Made by a program: the position numbers and the translations under genes | Assembly (NCBI GenBank): GCA_050999075.1 | Contig: JBPCPO010000072.1 | Span: 16,378-80,377 of the forward strand | Length of the DNA stretch: 64,000 nucleotides | From: Solirubrobacteraceae bacterium | GTDB taxonomy: Bacteria; Actinomycetota; Thermoleophilia; Solirubrobacterales; Solirubrobacteraceae | Direction of reading: 5' to 3' | The notes under the pieces: generated by a model | Told to the model about the DNA's origin: nothing | The model's database searches: none | What the model saw: only the letters and a program-made list of their open reading frames with translations | Shown: one piece after another, positions 41,950 through 51,121 of the stretch | Layout of the letters: every line of letters begins with the position of its first letter | Position numbering within the stretch: the first letter of the stretch is position 1

Positions 41950-43319
41950 GACCGGATCACGGCGAGCACCTCGTCGCGGCGGCGCTCCATGTCCTCGCGT
42001 GAGCGCATCGACTCGAGGCACAGACGCAGCAGCGGCTCGGTGTTCGACGAGCGCACGTTGAAGTGCCAGTCGTCGTAGTCGACCGAGACTCCGTCGAGCC
42101 GGTGCTGGTCGCCGTCGTCGTACTTGGTGGCGAGCTCCTCGAGCTTGGCCTGCGGATCGGCGACCTCGGAGTTGATCTCGCCCGAGATGAAGTAGCGCGA
42201 TCGGTAGGGATCGAGCAGCTCGGACATGCGGGCGCCCTTCCGTGAGAGCAGCTCGAGCATCAGCAGCGCCGGGATCGTGCCCGAGTCCGCGCAGTAGAAG
42301 TCGTGGAAGTAGTAGTGCCCCGACACCTCACCGCCGAACACGCCCTGCTCCTCACGCATGCGGGTCTTGAAGAACGCGTGTCCGACGCGGTTCATCAGCG
42401 CGCGCCCGCCGGCGCGCGCGACCGTGTCGGGCACCGCGCGACTCGCGCGGACGTCGTAGAGGACCGTGGCGCCCGGCTGCTTGGCCAGCAGCGACTGCGC
42501 CAGCAGCGCGGTGAGGAAGTCGCCGTCGACGAAGTTCCCCTTGTCGTCGATGAAGAAGCAGCGATCGGCGTCGCCGTCCCACGCGATTCCCAGATCCGCC
42601 TTCCTGGCCACCACCTCGCCGGCGATGAACTCGCGGTTCTCGGGCAGCAGCGGGTTGGGCTCGTGGTCGGGGAAGTTGCCGTCGGGCATCCAGTAGGCCT
42701 TGATCAGCTCGAGCCCCAGCTGGTCCAGCAACGGGCCGACCATCGGGCCGGCCATGCCGTTGCCGCCGTCCACGACCACGCGCAGCGACTTGACCGCGCC
42801 GGGATCGATGAACTTCATCGCCGCACGATGAAACTCGTCGTAGATCGACACCGCCTCCACCGAGCCGCCGCCGGGGGGGCGGCCGAGGCCGGCGTCGATC
42901 ATCGTGGCGATGTCGTCGATGCCGGCGTCGCCCGACAGCGCGATCGCCCCCCGCCTGACGAGCTTCGCGCCCGTGTACGCCTTGGGGTTGTGCGAGGCGG
43001 TGCACATCAGCCCGCCGTCGAGCTCGCGCGAGCCGACGAGGTAATAGAGCATCTCGGTGCCGACCTGCCCCGCGTCGAGCACCGCCGCCCCCTCGCTGCA
43101 CATCCCCGTCCGGTAGCTGGCCACGAGCTCGGGCGCGGTCAGGCGCATGTCGTGTCCCAGCCCGAGACGCAGCTGCGAGGTCGGCTTGTCCTCGAGGTCG
43201 GCGATGACGCGGGTGAACGCGCGGCCGATCAGCTCCGCCGTCCCCGCGTCGATCTCGCTGCCGTACAGCCCCCGGATGTCGTAGGCCTTGAAGATCCCCG
43301 GGTTGGCTATCGCACTCAT
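41946..43319 (-). CDS. Phosphomannomutase/phosphoglucomutase
   Basis: IFKAYDIRG, TASHNP, DGDADR, GGEVSGH, RSSNTEP; ATG 8 nt after TAGGAT. Confidence 0.93.
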   Translation of the reverse strand: MSAIANPGIFKAYDIRGLYGSEIDAGTAELIGRAFTRVIADLEDKPTSQLRLGLGHDMRLTAPELVASYRTGMCSEGAAVLDAGQVGTEMLYYLVGSRELDGGLMCTASHNPKAYTGAKLVRRGAIALSGDAGIDDIATMIDAGLGRPPGGGSVEAVSIYDEFHRAAMKFIDPGAVKSLRVVVDGGNGMAGPMVGPLLDQLGLELIKAYWMPDGNFPDHEPNPLLPENREFIAGEVVARKADLGIAWDGDADRCFFIDDKGNFVDGDFLTALLAQSLLAKQPGATVLYDVRASRAVPDTVARAGGRALMNRVGHAFFKTRMREEQGVFGGEVSGHYYFHDFYCADSGTIPALLMLELLSRKGARMSELLDPYRSRYFISGEINSEVADPQAKLEELATKYDDGDQHRLDGVSVDYDDWHFNVRSSNTEPLLRLCLESMRSREDMERRRDEVLAVIRS

Positions 43320-43355
43320 GGCGGCGGATCCTACCCGCCGTGATAATCCCCGGCC

Positions 43356-44081
43356 ATGAGCGCCGAGACCCCGAGCGTCGTGATCCTCTGCGGCGGGCGC
43401 GGCACGCGCCTGCAGGAACGCACCCAGGCGATCCCCAAGCCGCTGGTGGAGATCGGGGGACGCCCGATCCTCTGGCACGTGATCCAGATCTACCTCGCCC
43501 AGGGCTTCCGCCACGTGCTGCTGCTGACCGGCTATCGCGGCGAGCAGATCGAGTCGTTCGTGGCCGGGGAGAGCTGGCCGCAGGGGACCGAGGTGCGCTG
43601 CCTGGCGACCGGTGCGGACACGCCCACGGGTGGGCGAATTCACCTGGCGGCGGGCGCGTTGCGCGACGGCGGCCGGTTCTGTGCAACCTACGCCGACGGC
43701 GTGGCCGACATCGACCTGCGGGCGCTGCTGCATTACCACGCCGCGCACGGTGCCAGCGCGACGATGACCGTCGTGCGCCCGGTGCTCCAGTTCGGCGTCG
43801 CGCAGCTGGGCGAAGACGGCGTCGTGCGAGGGTTCGACGAGAAGCCACGCAGCCAGCACTGGGTCAACGGCGGCTTCTTCTGCTTCGAGCCGGCGATGCT
43901 CGACGAGCTGGCACCCGACAGCGTGCTCGAGCGCGAGCCGCTGCAGCGGCTCGCGGCACAGGGCCGCCTGCGCGCCTTCCGTCACGAGGGCTTCTGGGAC
44001 TGCATGGACACCTACAAGGATGCGGTCGCGCTCAACGATCTGTGGGGACAGGGAGCGGCGCCGTGGAAGCTCTGGAGCTGA
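43356..44081 (+). CDS. rfbF: Glucose-1-phosphate cytidylyltransferase-like nucleotidyltransferase
   Basis: VVILCGGRGTRL, PKPLVEIG, TGGRI, TYADGVADID, WVNGGFF, GFWDCMDT. Confidence 0.85.
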   Translation: MSAETPSVVILCGGRGTRLQERTQAIPKPLVEIGGRPILWHVIQIYLAQGFRHVLLLTGYRGEQIESFVAGESWPQGTEVRCLATGADTPTGGRIHLAAGALRDGGRFCATYADGVADIDLRALLHYHAAHGASATMTVVRPVLQFGVAQLGEDGVVRGFDEKPRSQHWVNGGFFCFEPAMLDELAPDSVLEREPLQRLAAQGRLRAFRHEGFWDCMDTYKDAVALNDLWGQGAAPWKLWS

Positions 44082-45070
44082 TGGGCGGACCTCCGGAGCT
44101 GATGAGCGGGCGCTCGGTCCTCGTGACCGGCGCCCACGGGCTGCTGGGGTCCTGGCTGGTCAAGGCGCTGCTGGCGGCGCACGCGCGGGTGGTGGCGATC
44201 CGACGCGACGAGCCGGCGCTGTCGGGCCTCTCGCTGCTCGGCCTCGCGGACCGTGTCGACGTCGTCCACGGCGACATCTGCACCGATGGCCTCCTCGCCC
44301 GGACGCTCAACGAGTACGAGGTCGACAGCGTGTTTCACCTCGCCGCGCAGACCCTGGTCGGAACCGCCAACCACGCGCCGCTGTCGACGTTCGAGACCAA
44401 TATCCGCGGGACCTGGCTGGTGCTCGAGGCGTGTCGCACGCACGGGGTGGAGCGGGTGCTGGTCGCCTCCTCGGACAAAGCCTACGGGCGCCAGGAGCAG
44501 CTCCCCTATCACGAGCGCCAGCCGCTGGCGCCGATCTACCCCTACGACGTGTCGAAGGCCGCAGCGGATCTGCTCGCCCGCTCCTACTGGCACACCTTCG
44601 GGCTGCCGGTGGCGGTGACGCGATTCGCGAACCTGTACGGCGGGGGGGACACCAATCGCTCGCGCCTGGTCCCCGAGGCGGTGTGCGCCGCGCTGGCCGG
44701 TCGAGCCCCGGTCGTACGCTCCGACGGCTCGCCCGAGCGCGACTTCCTCTACGTCGAGGACGCTGTCCGCGCCTACCTCGAGATCTGGCGCGCGCTCGGC
44801 CGCGGCGAGGGGCGGGGCGACGCGTTCAACGCCGGCGGCGGATCGCCGCACCGCGTGCGCGACGTGGTGGCGTTGATCTGCCGTCTGGCCGGGAGTGGCG
44901 TCGAGCCCGAGGTGCGAGGCGAGGGCGTGCCCCACGGCGAGATCGATCGGCAGTGGGTCGACGCGACCAAGCTGCGCGAGCTCACGGGCTGGCAGCCGAG
45001 CGTCACCCTCGAGCAGGGCCTACAGCGAACCGTCAACTGGTACCGCGAGCACCCGGAAGCGATTCGGTGA
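44081..45070 (+). CDS. NAD-dependent sugar dehydratase/epimerase (CDP-glucose 4,6-dehydratase-like)
   Basis: TGAHGLLG, FHLAAQ, SSDKAYG, YDVSK, RDFLYVED; alternative ATG at 44102. Confidence 0.85.
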   Translation: MGGPPELMSGRSVLVTGAHGLLGSWLVKALLAAHARVVAIRRDEPALSGLSLLGLADRVDVVHGDICTDGLLARTLNEYEVDSVFHLAAQTLVGTANHAPLSTFETNIRGTWLVLEACRTHGVERVLVASSDKAYGRQEQLPYHERQPLAPIYPYDVSKAAADLLARSYWHTFGLPVAVTRFANLYGGGDTNRSRLVPEAVCAALAGRAPVVRSDGSPERDFLYVEDAVRAYLEIWRALGRGEGRGDAFNAGGGSPHRVRDVVALICRLAGSGVEPEVRGEGVPHGEIDRQWVDATKLRELTGWQPSVTLEQGLQRTVNWYREHPEAIR

Positions 45071-45170
45071 GGCGGTCGGGGCGCTCGCGCCGAGGGCGGC
45101 GGGGGCGGGAGGTGCCCCGCGCTGAGAAGCGGAGCGCGCCGGGGTTCGTCGCGGGTCGTGACGCATAGTG

Positions 45171-45286
45171 CGGGGGTTAGAGCACACGCGTCCGCCGAAT
45201 GAAGCCGGTTGTGCTGTGACCCCCGGCCGGCGGGGGCGTGAGCACAACCCCCTCAGGATCGAACGACGTGTGTGCTGTGACCCCCG
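45171..45286. repeat. REP-like palindrome cluster (TGTGCTGTGACCCCCG / CGGGGG…AGCACA)
   Basis: Identical 16-mers at 45210 and 45271; complementary arms at 45171 and 45231. Confidence 0.7.
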
Positions 45287-45324
45287 CGGCAACGGCGTCC
45301 CACCGGCGATCTAGACTCCAGTTG

Positions 45325-46074
45325 ATGTCCGGACATTCGAAATGGCATTCGATCAAGCACAAGAAGGCCGTGGTCGACGCCCGGCGCGGCCAGCACTTCA
45401 CCAAGCTCGCCCGGGCGATCACGGTCGCGGCGCGCGAGGGCGGCGGGGATCCTGACGGCAATCCGTCCCTCGGGCTCGCGGTCCAGAAGGCCAGGGACGC
45501 GTCGATGCCCAAGGACAACATCGAGCGCGCGATCGCCAAGGGCACGGGCGCGGGGGCCGACGCGGACCAGATCGAGACGGTCGTCTACGAAGGGTACGGC
45601 CCGGGCGGAGTGGCGCTGCTGATCGATGCGCTGACCGACAACCGCAACCGCACCGGGGCCGACGTTCGCCACCTGCTTTCCAAGCACGGCGGCAACCTTG
45701 GCGAGCCGGGCTCGGTCTCCTACCTGTTCGACAAGCGGGGGGTGGTCGTCGTCGACGCGAGCCGGTACGACGAAGACGATCTGATCGGGGCGATCGACGC
45801 CGGGGCGCTGGACATCTCACGCGACGACGATGTGTGCGAGGTGATCACCGAGCCCGGCGACCTCCGGCGCGTGCGCGACGCCCTCGAGCGGTCGGGGGTC
45901 AAAATAGACAGCGCCGATGTCACCGAGGTGCCGAAGTCGCGGGTGACGCTCGAGGAGGCCGACGCCGCCAAGCTGATGAAGCTGATCGACGCGCTCGAGG
46001 AGTCCGACGATGTCAGTTCGGTGCACGCGAACTTCGATGTCGACGCGGCGGTCCTTGAGCGGATCGCCTCCTGA
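45325..46074 (+). CDS. yebC: YebC/PmpR family protein
   Basis: MSGHSKWHSIKHKK, YEGYGPGG, TDNRNRT; TAGACT 7 nt upstream. Confidence 0.95.
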   Translation: MSGHSKWHSIKHKKAVVDARRGQHFTKLARAITVAAREGGGDPDGNPSLGLAVQKARDASMPKDNIERAIAKGTGAGADADQIETVVYEGYGPGGVALLIDALTDNRNRTGADVRHLLSKHGGNLGEPGSVSYLFDKRGVVVVDASRYDEDDLIGAIDAGALDISRDDDVCEVITEPGDLRRVRDALERSGVKIDSADVTEVPKSRVTLEEADAAKLMKLIDALEESDDVSSVHANFDVDAAVLERIAS

Positions 46075-46162
46075 ACCGGCGACCCGTGCGACCCGCTTCG
46101 GACCGTCTCGCCGGGGCCGGTCCGCCGTGTCTCCGCCGCGCCCGCTACGCTCCCGGCCTTCG

Positions 46163-46753
46163 ATGATGCCCTCCACCCTCACCCGATCGGCCCTGTCGGC
46201 CCTCGCCGTGCTCGCCATCGGCCTCGCCGGCTGCGGAAGCTCGACCAAGGCGCCGGGGGTGCAGCTCGCACCGTCAGCCGGCGCGACCGAGCCCACGAGC
46301 GCCGCCGCGCCACCGTCCACCGCGCCGACGACAACGACGCCCGCCGCCACCCCGCCGGCCCCCAAGGTTCCGCCCGCGCTGGCCAAGAAGCCGGTGGTCA
46401 CGGTGCCGAAGGGTCCTGCGCCCACGCAGTTGGTCTCAAAAGATCTGATCAAGGGCACCGGCACGGCCGCCAAGTCAGGCTCCAACCTCACGGTCAACTA
46501 TGTCGGCGTGCTGTACAGCGGGGGCAAGGAGTTCGACTCGTCGTGGAAGACGGGCAAGCCGTTCGGACCGTTCCCGCTCGGTCAGGGCGCGGTGATCCCG
46601 GGGTGGGACAAGGGCCTCGTCGGGATGCGCGTCGGCGGCCGGCGCGAGCTGATCATCCCGGCCAGCCTCGCCTACGGCAAGGCGGGGCGACCGCCGGCGA
46701 TCCCATCCAACGCGGCGCTCGTGTTCGTGATCGACCTGCTGGCCGTGGCGTAA
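46163..46753 (+). CDS. FKBP-type peptidyl-prolyl isomerase, lipoprotein
   Basis: Lipobox LAGC; VNYVG…FDSSW…VIPGWDKGL.GMRVGGRRELIIP..LAYG. Confidence 0.92.
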   Translation: MMPSTLTRSALSALAVLAIGLAGCGSSTKAPGVQLAPSAGATEPTSAAAPPSTAPTTTTPAATPPAPKVPPALAKKPVVTVPKGPAPTQLVSKDLIKGTGTAAKSGSNLTVNYVGVLYSGGKEFDSSWKTGKPFGPFPLGQGAVIPGWDKGLVGMRVGGRRELIIPASLAYGKAGRPPAIPSNAALVFVIDLLAVA

Positions 46754-46805
46754 GCATCGAACCGGCACCCCCGAGCCCTTCCGGGCGGACCCGACCCACG
46801 CTCAC

Positions 46806-47510
46806 ATGCTTTCGATCCTGATGCCGGTCTACAACGAGCTCGAGCGCGTCGAGCGCGCCATCGAGGAGGTGCTGGCGACCGAGCTTCCGACCGACTTCGA
46901 GCTGATCGTGGTGAACGACGGCTCGACCGACGGGACCGGCGACATCCTGCGCGCCCGCAGCTGGGACGAGCGCGTCCGGCTGGTCGAGCACACCCACAAC
47001 CAGGGCAAGGGCGCGGCGATCCAGACCGCGCTGAGCCACGCGCGGGGTGAATTTGCGGCGATCTTCGACGCGGATCTCGAGTACGACCCCTCGGATCTCG
47101 GTCTGCTGATGCCGGCGCTGCTCGACGGCCGCGCGAATGCCTGCTTCGGGGTGCGCGCCTTCGACGGCTACACCAGCCATTCGTTCCTGTTCGTGCTCGG
47201 CAACAAGGGCGTCACCCTGGCCTGCAACGTCCTGTTCAACGTCTACCTGCACGACATCATGACCTGCCACAAGATGCTCCGGACCGAGCTCTTCCGCAGC
47301 CTCGAGCTGCGCTGCGCCGGCTTCTCCATCGAGCCCGAGATCACGGCGCGGCTGGTCCAGTGCGGGGAGCGCATCTTCGAGGTCCCGGTGCACTACCGCG
47401 CGCGCTCCAATGAGGAGGGCAAGAAGCTCACCGGGCGCGACGGCTTCCGGGTTATCGGGACGCTGCTGCGGTGCCGCTTCTCGAGGCCGTCGAGCCGATC
47501 ACCGGCGTAG
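46806..47510 (+). CDS. GT2 glycosyltransferase (polyprenol-phosphate sugar synthase-like)
   Basis: LSILMPVYNE, NDGSTDGT, NQGKGAA, DADLEYDP, EPEITA. Confidence 0.9.
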   Translation: MLSILMPVYNELERVERAIEEVLATELPTDFELIVVNDGSTDGTGDILRARSWDERVRLVEHTHNQGKGAAIQTALSHARGEFAAIFDADLEYDPSDLGLLMPALLDGRANACFGVRAFDGYTSHSFLFVLGNKGVTLACNVLFNVYLHDIMTCHKMLRTELFRSLELRCAGFSIEPEITARLVQCGERIFEVPVHYRARSNEEGKKLTGRDGFRVIGTLLRCRFSRPSSRSPA

Positions 47511-49424
47511 GGGTCGCAGCGCGATCTGGACCGTGCCCCGGTAGATCGAGGCCATGAGGCCAAACGCCGGCTTGCGCTTTCCGAGCAGGTCGACGACTCC
47601 CTTCTGCACGAACGGCGGATCGGGTCGCGGATCCCCGCCCCCATAGCCCGGCCGGGCGGCGAAGCTCTGCAGCGCGAAGTAGATCGCGCCCGACAGCCAC
47701 GGCTTGGCCGCGAACACCCGGAGATGAAAGGCGATGGCATTGGACTGAAACGCGTAGGTTCCCCTTTCCTCGACCGGTCCGTGTCGGTTGGCCTCGAAGC
47801 CGAACTCGGTGACGAACAGCGCCTTGCGCGAGTAGCACCTCCGAAAGCTGTCGAGGAACGGCGACAGCGCGCCCCGGTCGTCGGTGGTGCCACCGCCGGA
47901 GTCGAAGAAACCGAAGTACTCGTTGAGGCCGATCACGTCCAGCGGCGCGTAGGCCGGTTGACAGGGGACCCCGGGGTAGGCGTTGATCGCCAATCCGACC
48001 GGGCGCGTGGGGTCGAGCCGGTGCGCGAGCGCTACGGCTCCGGAGATGTAGTGGCTCTCCGCCGAGGTGACGGTGTTGGGCAGCTCGTTGCCGATGCTCC
48101 ACAGCAGCACCGAGGGGTGGTTCTGGTTGGTGAGGATGTTCTGCGCCAGCGTCGCGTGGGCGTGGCCGATCCACGCCGGCTGGCTGAGGTATCGGCTCTG
48201 CACCTGGTAGACGGGGATCTCCGACCAGAGCAGGATCCCGTCGCGGTCCGCCATCTCCTCGATCTCCGGGTTGAGGGGATAGTGGGCCCGGATGATGCCC
48301 GCCCCCACCGCGCGGACCCAGCCGAACAGGCGCTTCAGCTGCGCGGGGTCGAGCGCCGCTCCGACCCCCAGGCTCTGCTCGTGCAGGTTCACCCCCCGCA
48401 GATGGAGCAGCCGTCCGTTCAGCTCGAGCCGGCCACCGGGCGTCACCGTGATGCTGCGGATCCCGCTGTCGGTGACGTAGCCCGCGACCGGGCGCCCGGC
48501 GGCGTCGGACAGGGTCAGGTCCGCGCGGTAGAGGAAGGGATCGCCCGGGGACCAGAGGTGGGGGCTCGCAACCCGTACCTGGGCGCGAGCGGTCCAGGTC
48601 GTGTGGGGGGCGATAGTGGCCGCGCCGAAGTCCAGCGGTGCCGACCCGTAGGTGCCGCGCAGGCGAACCCTCTGCGGGGTGGCGGTGACGTTGCGTACGA
48701 TCGCCTGCGCGTCGATCCTCGCCGCGCACCGGGGACAGCCGAGCACCGGGCGCACCTGGACCTGAGCGAGGTCCGCGCGGCCGGCCGGACGGAGGTAGAC
48801 CTCGCGCAGGATGCCGCCGTAGTTCCACCAGCCGCCGCCGGGGCCCGGGGGCAGATCCGAGGCCGAGCGGCGATCGTCGACCCGCACGATCAGGTGGTTG
48901 ACGCCGGGCCTGATCCCGTTCAGATCGAGCTCGAAGGGCACGTAGGCTCCGGCGTGCGTGCCGGTCTCGCGTCCGTTGAGCCACACGGTGGCGCGGTAGT
49001 TGACCGACTCGAAGCGCACGATCCAGTGCCGATCGCGTGCTGAAACGTAGGGCGGGAAGGCGCCGCCCGGGAGCGTGAAGTCCTCTCGGTACCAGCCGAC
49101 GGAGCCGCGCATGCTGGCGCTCGACAGATTATGGGCGTTGTAGGCGTTGGGAATGCTCACCGGCGAGTAGCCACCCGTCCCGGCGCGCGGGCGCCACCAC
49201 CCGTTCGCGACGCCGGTGTCGCCCCGGTCGGCGCGGTAGAGCCAGGTGCCTCCGAGCAGGTAACGGTCGGTCTGGCCATCGCGGTACAGGGCGCCCCGGA
49301 TGGGAGCCTGGGCGGCGTATCCGATCGCCTGGGGGCGGGCCAGCCCGGTCGACCCGAACGCGAGGGCGGCGGCGATGGTGATGGTCGCGATGGCGAGCCG
49401 GCGGTGAATGGCGAAGGGCTTCAT
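47499..49424 (-). CDS. Secreted glycoside hydrolase family 2
   Basis: Signal peptide; FESVNY, WWNYGGILREV, LRGVNLHE, IRAHYP, WSIGNE, VTEFG. Confidence 0.9.
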   Translation of the reverse strand: MKPFAIHRRLAIATITIAAALAFGSTGLARPQAIGYAAQAPIRGALYRDGQTDRYLLGGTWLYRADRGDTGVANGWWRPRAGTGGYSPVSIPNAYNAHNLSSASMRGSVGWYREDFTLPGGAFPPYVSARDRHWIVRFESVNYRATVWLNGRETGTHAGAYVPFELDLNGIRPGVNHLIVRVDDRRSASDLPPGPGGGWWNYGGILREVYLRPAGRADLAQVQVRPVLGCPRCAARIDAQAIVRNVTATPQRVRLRGTYGSAPLDFGAATIAPHTTWTARAQVRVASPHLWSPGDPFLYRADLTLSDAAGRPVAGYVTDSGIRSITVTPGGRLELNGRLLHLRGVNLHEQSLGVGAALDPAQLKRLFGWVRAVGAGIIRAHYPLNPEIEEMADRDGILLWSEIPVYQVQSRYLSQPAWIGHAHATLAQNILTNQNHPSVLLWSIGNELPNTVTSAESHYISGAVALAHRLDPTRPVGLAINAYPGVPCQPAYAPLDVIGLNEYFGFFDSGGGTTDDRGALSPFLDSFRRCYSRKALFVTEFGFEANRHGPVEERGTYAFQSNAIAFHLRVFAAKPWLSGAIYFALQSFAARPGYGGGDPRPDPPFVQKGVVDLLGKRKPAFGLMASIYRGTVQIALRPLRR

Positions 49425-49524
49425 AGGAGCAGCGCGGATCCCTCGCGCGCCTGGAGATCGTAGGCCCTGCGGCCAAGGTCCGCCGTCGCTGGGGCCAACC
49501 GACCGCCGCTAGACTCGCCGACCC

Positions 49525-51078
49525 ATGCCCGCTCGCGGTCACCGGAGCCCGCGAGCCCGGCCGACGCCGATCCTGATGCTGATCGGCCTCTGCGTCCTCC
49601 TGGGCGTCCTCTCAGCCGCCCTGCTGCCCACGGTCCCCAGCTATGACCCGTGGGCCTGGATCGTGTGGGGCCGCGAGCTCGTCGACCCGCATCTGAGCTT
49701 CGCGACCGGGGGCGGACCGTCCTGGAAGCCGTTGCCGGTCCTGTTCACGACCGTGTTCGGGCTGTTCGGCGGCTCGGCGCCGACGTTGTGGGTGATGGCC
49801 GCGCGGGCGGCCGGCCTGCTGGGGCTGTGCGCGGCGTGGCGCCTGGCGAGCCGGCTGGCGAGCTCGGCGGTCGGGGACCGTCCGGCCGCGAAGGTGGGTG
49901 ACGGGGCGGATGCGAGCCAAGCCGGGGCGATCAGCGGCTCGGCGCGGACCATCGGGCCGATCGCCGGCCTGGTCGCGGTGCTGGGAGTGATCCTGACCCA
50001 GGACTTCGCCTACTACATGTTCCGCGGCGCGTCGGAGCCGATGCTTGTCGCGGCGTCGCTGTGGGCGATCGATCGGCTGCTCGCCGGTCGCCACGGGTCG
50101 GCTTTCGTGCTCGGCGTCGGGGCAAGCCTGATCCAGCCGGTAGCGTGGCCGTTCCTGGGGATCTACGCCGTGTGGCTGTGGATCAGGCAGCCGCGGTTGC
50201 GGCTGCTGATCCTCGCCGGCATCGCCGCGATCCCGATCGGATGGTTCGTCCCCCCGTGGATCGCATCCGGTCAGCCGTTCCTGGCCGCCACTCACGCCAG
50301 GGCGTACAACGGGCACCTCGGCCGCCACCCCGTGCTCGAGGCGCTGCGGCGCAGCGCCGACCTCCAGGTGCTGCCGGTCCTGATCTTGGCGGCCCTCGCC
50401 GTGGTCCTGACCTGCGGGCGTGAGCGCGACCGGATCACGCTGGCGCTCACCGCCGGCGCGCTGGCGTGGATTGCGGTGGTGGTCGGGATGGTGATTGACG
50501 GCTATCCCGGGCTCGAGCGGTTCTTCCTGCCGGCCTCGGCGGTGCTGTGCGTGCTCGCTGGAGTGGGAGTGGCCCGGGTGGCCGCGCTGGCGGGCGCGCG
50601 CGTTGCGCGCGAGAGCCGGAGGGCGGCCGGACACGCACCGGCGGCGCGGATGGCCACGCTCGGGGTCGCAGTGGCGCTGGTCGCCGTCTCGATCCCGCTC
50701 AGCGCGTCACGGATAGACACGGCTCGCGCGCAGAAGCCGCTGGCTGACCGGGCGGTCAGGGTGCTCGACCAGCTCTCCGCGGCCGTGCGCGCCGTCGGGG
50801 GACACAAAGAGGTCTTCCCGTGCCGGTCGAGCTTCACGGCCGTCAATCACGCCGTGCAGACGGCGCTGGCGTGGAAGCTCCACGTCACCCTGGCGCGAGT
50901 GGGTACCTCCCTGCGCAAGCCGGGGGTCGACTTCCTGGGTCCACACGACTCCATCGACGGCGGCGCGGCGCCGGTGAGTCCACGCCTGACGGGGATGGAG
51001 CCGCTCGCGCAGACCGGTGTCTGGCGGGTGATCCGAGTCACTCGACCCGGTCATTCGACGGCCTGCGTGGGGCGCTGA
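49525..51078 (+). CDS. Multi-pass membrane protein, possible GT-C glycosyltransferase
   Basis: Many TM helices; loop after TM1 PSYDPWAWIVWGRE…PSWKPLP; SEP motif. Confidence 0.65.
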   Translation: MPARGHRSPRARPTPILMLIGLCVLLGVLSAALLPTVPSYDPWAWIVWGRELVDPHLSFATGGGPSWKPLPVLFTTVFGLFGGSAPTLWVMAARAAGLLGLCAAWRLASRLASSAVGDRPAAKVGDGADASQAGAISGSARTIGPIAGLVAVLGVILTQDFAYYMFRGASEPMLVAASLWAIDRLLAGRHGSAFVLGVGASLIQPVAWPFLGIYAVWLWIRQPRLRLLILAGIAAIPIGWFVPPWIASGQPFLAATHARAYNGHLGRHPVLEALRRSADLQVLPVLILAALAVVLTCGRERDRITLALTAGALAWIAVVVGMVIDGYPGLERFFLPASAVLCVLAGVGVARVAALAGARVARESRRAAGHAPAARMATLGVAVALVAVSIPLSASRIDTARAQKPLADRAVRVLDQLSAAVRAVGGHKEVFPCRSSFTAVNHAVQTALAWKLHVTLARVGTSLRKPGVDFLGPHDSIDGGAAPVSPRLTGMEPLAQTGVWRVIRVTRPGHSTACVGR

Positions 51079-51121
51079 ACCGCAGTTCAGTGCCCAAGGG
51101 CCCGGCGAGCCCTAACTCGGG

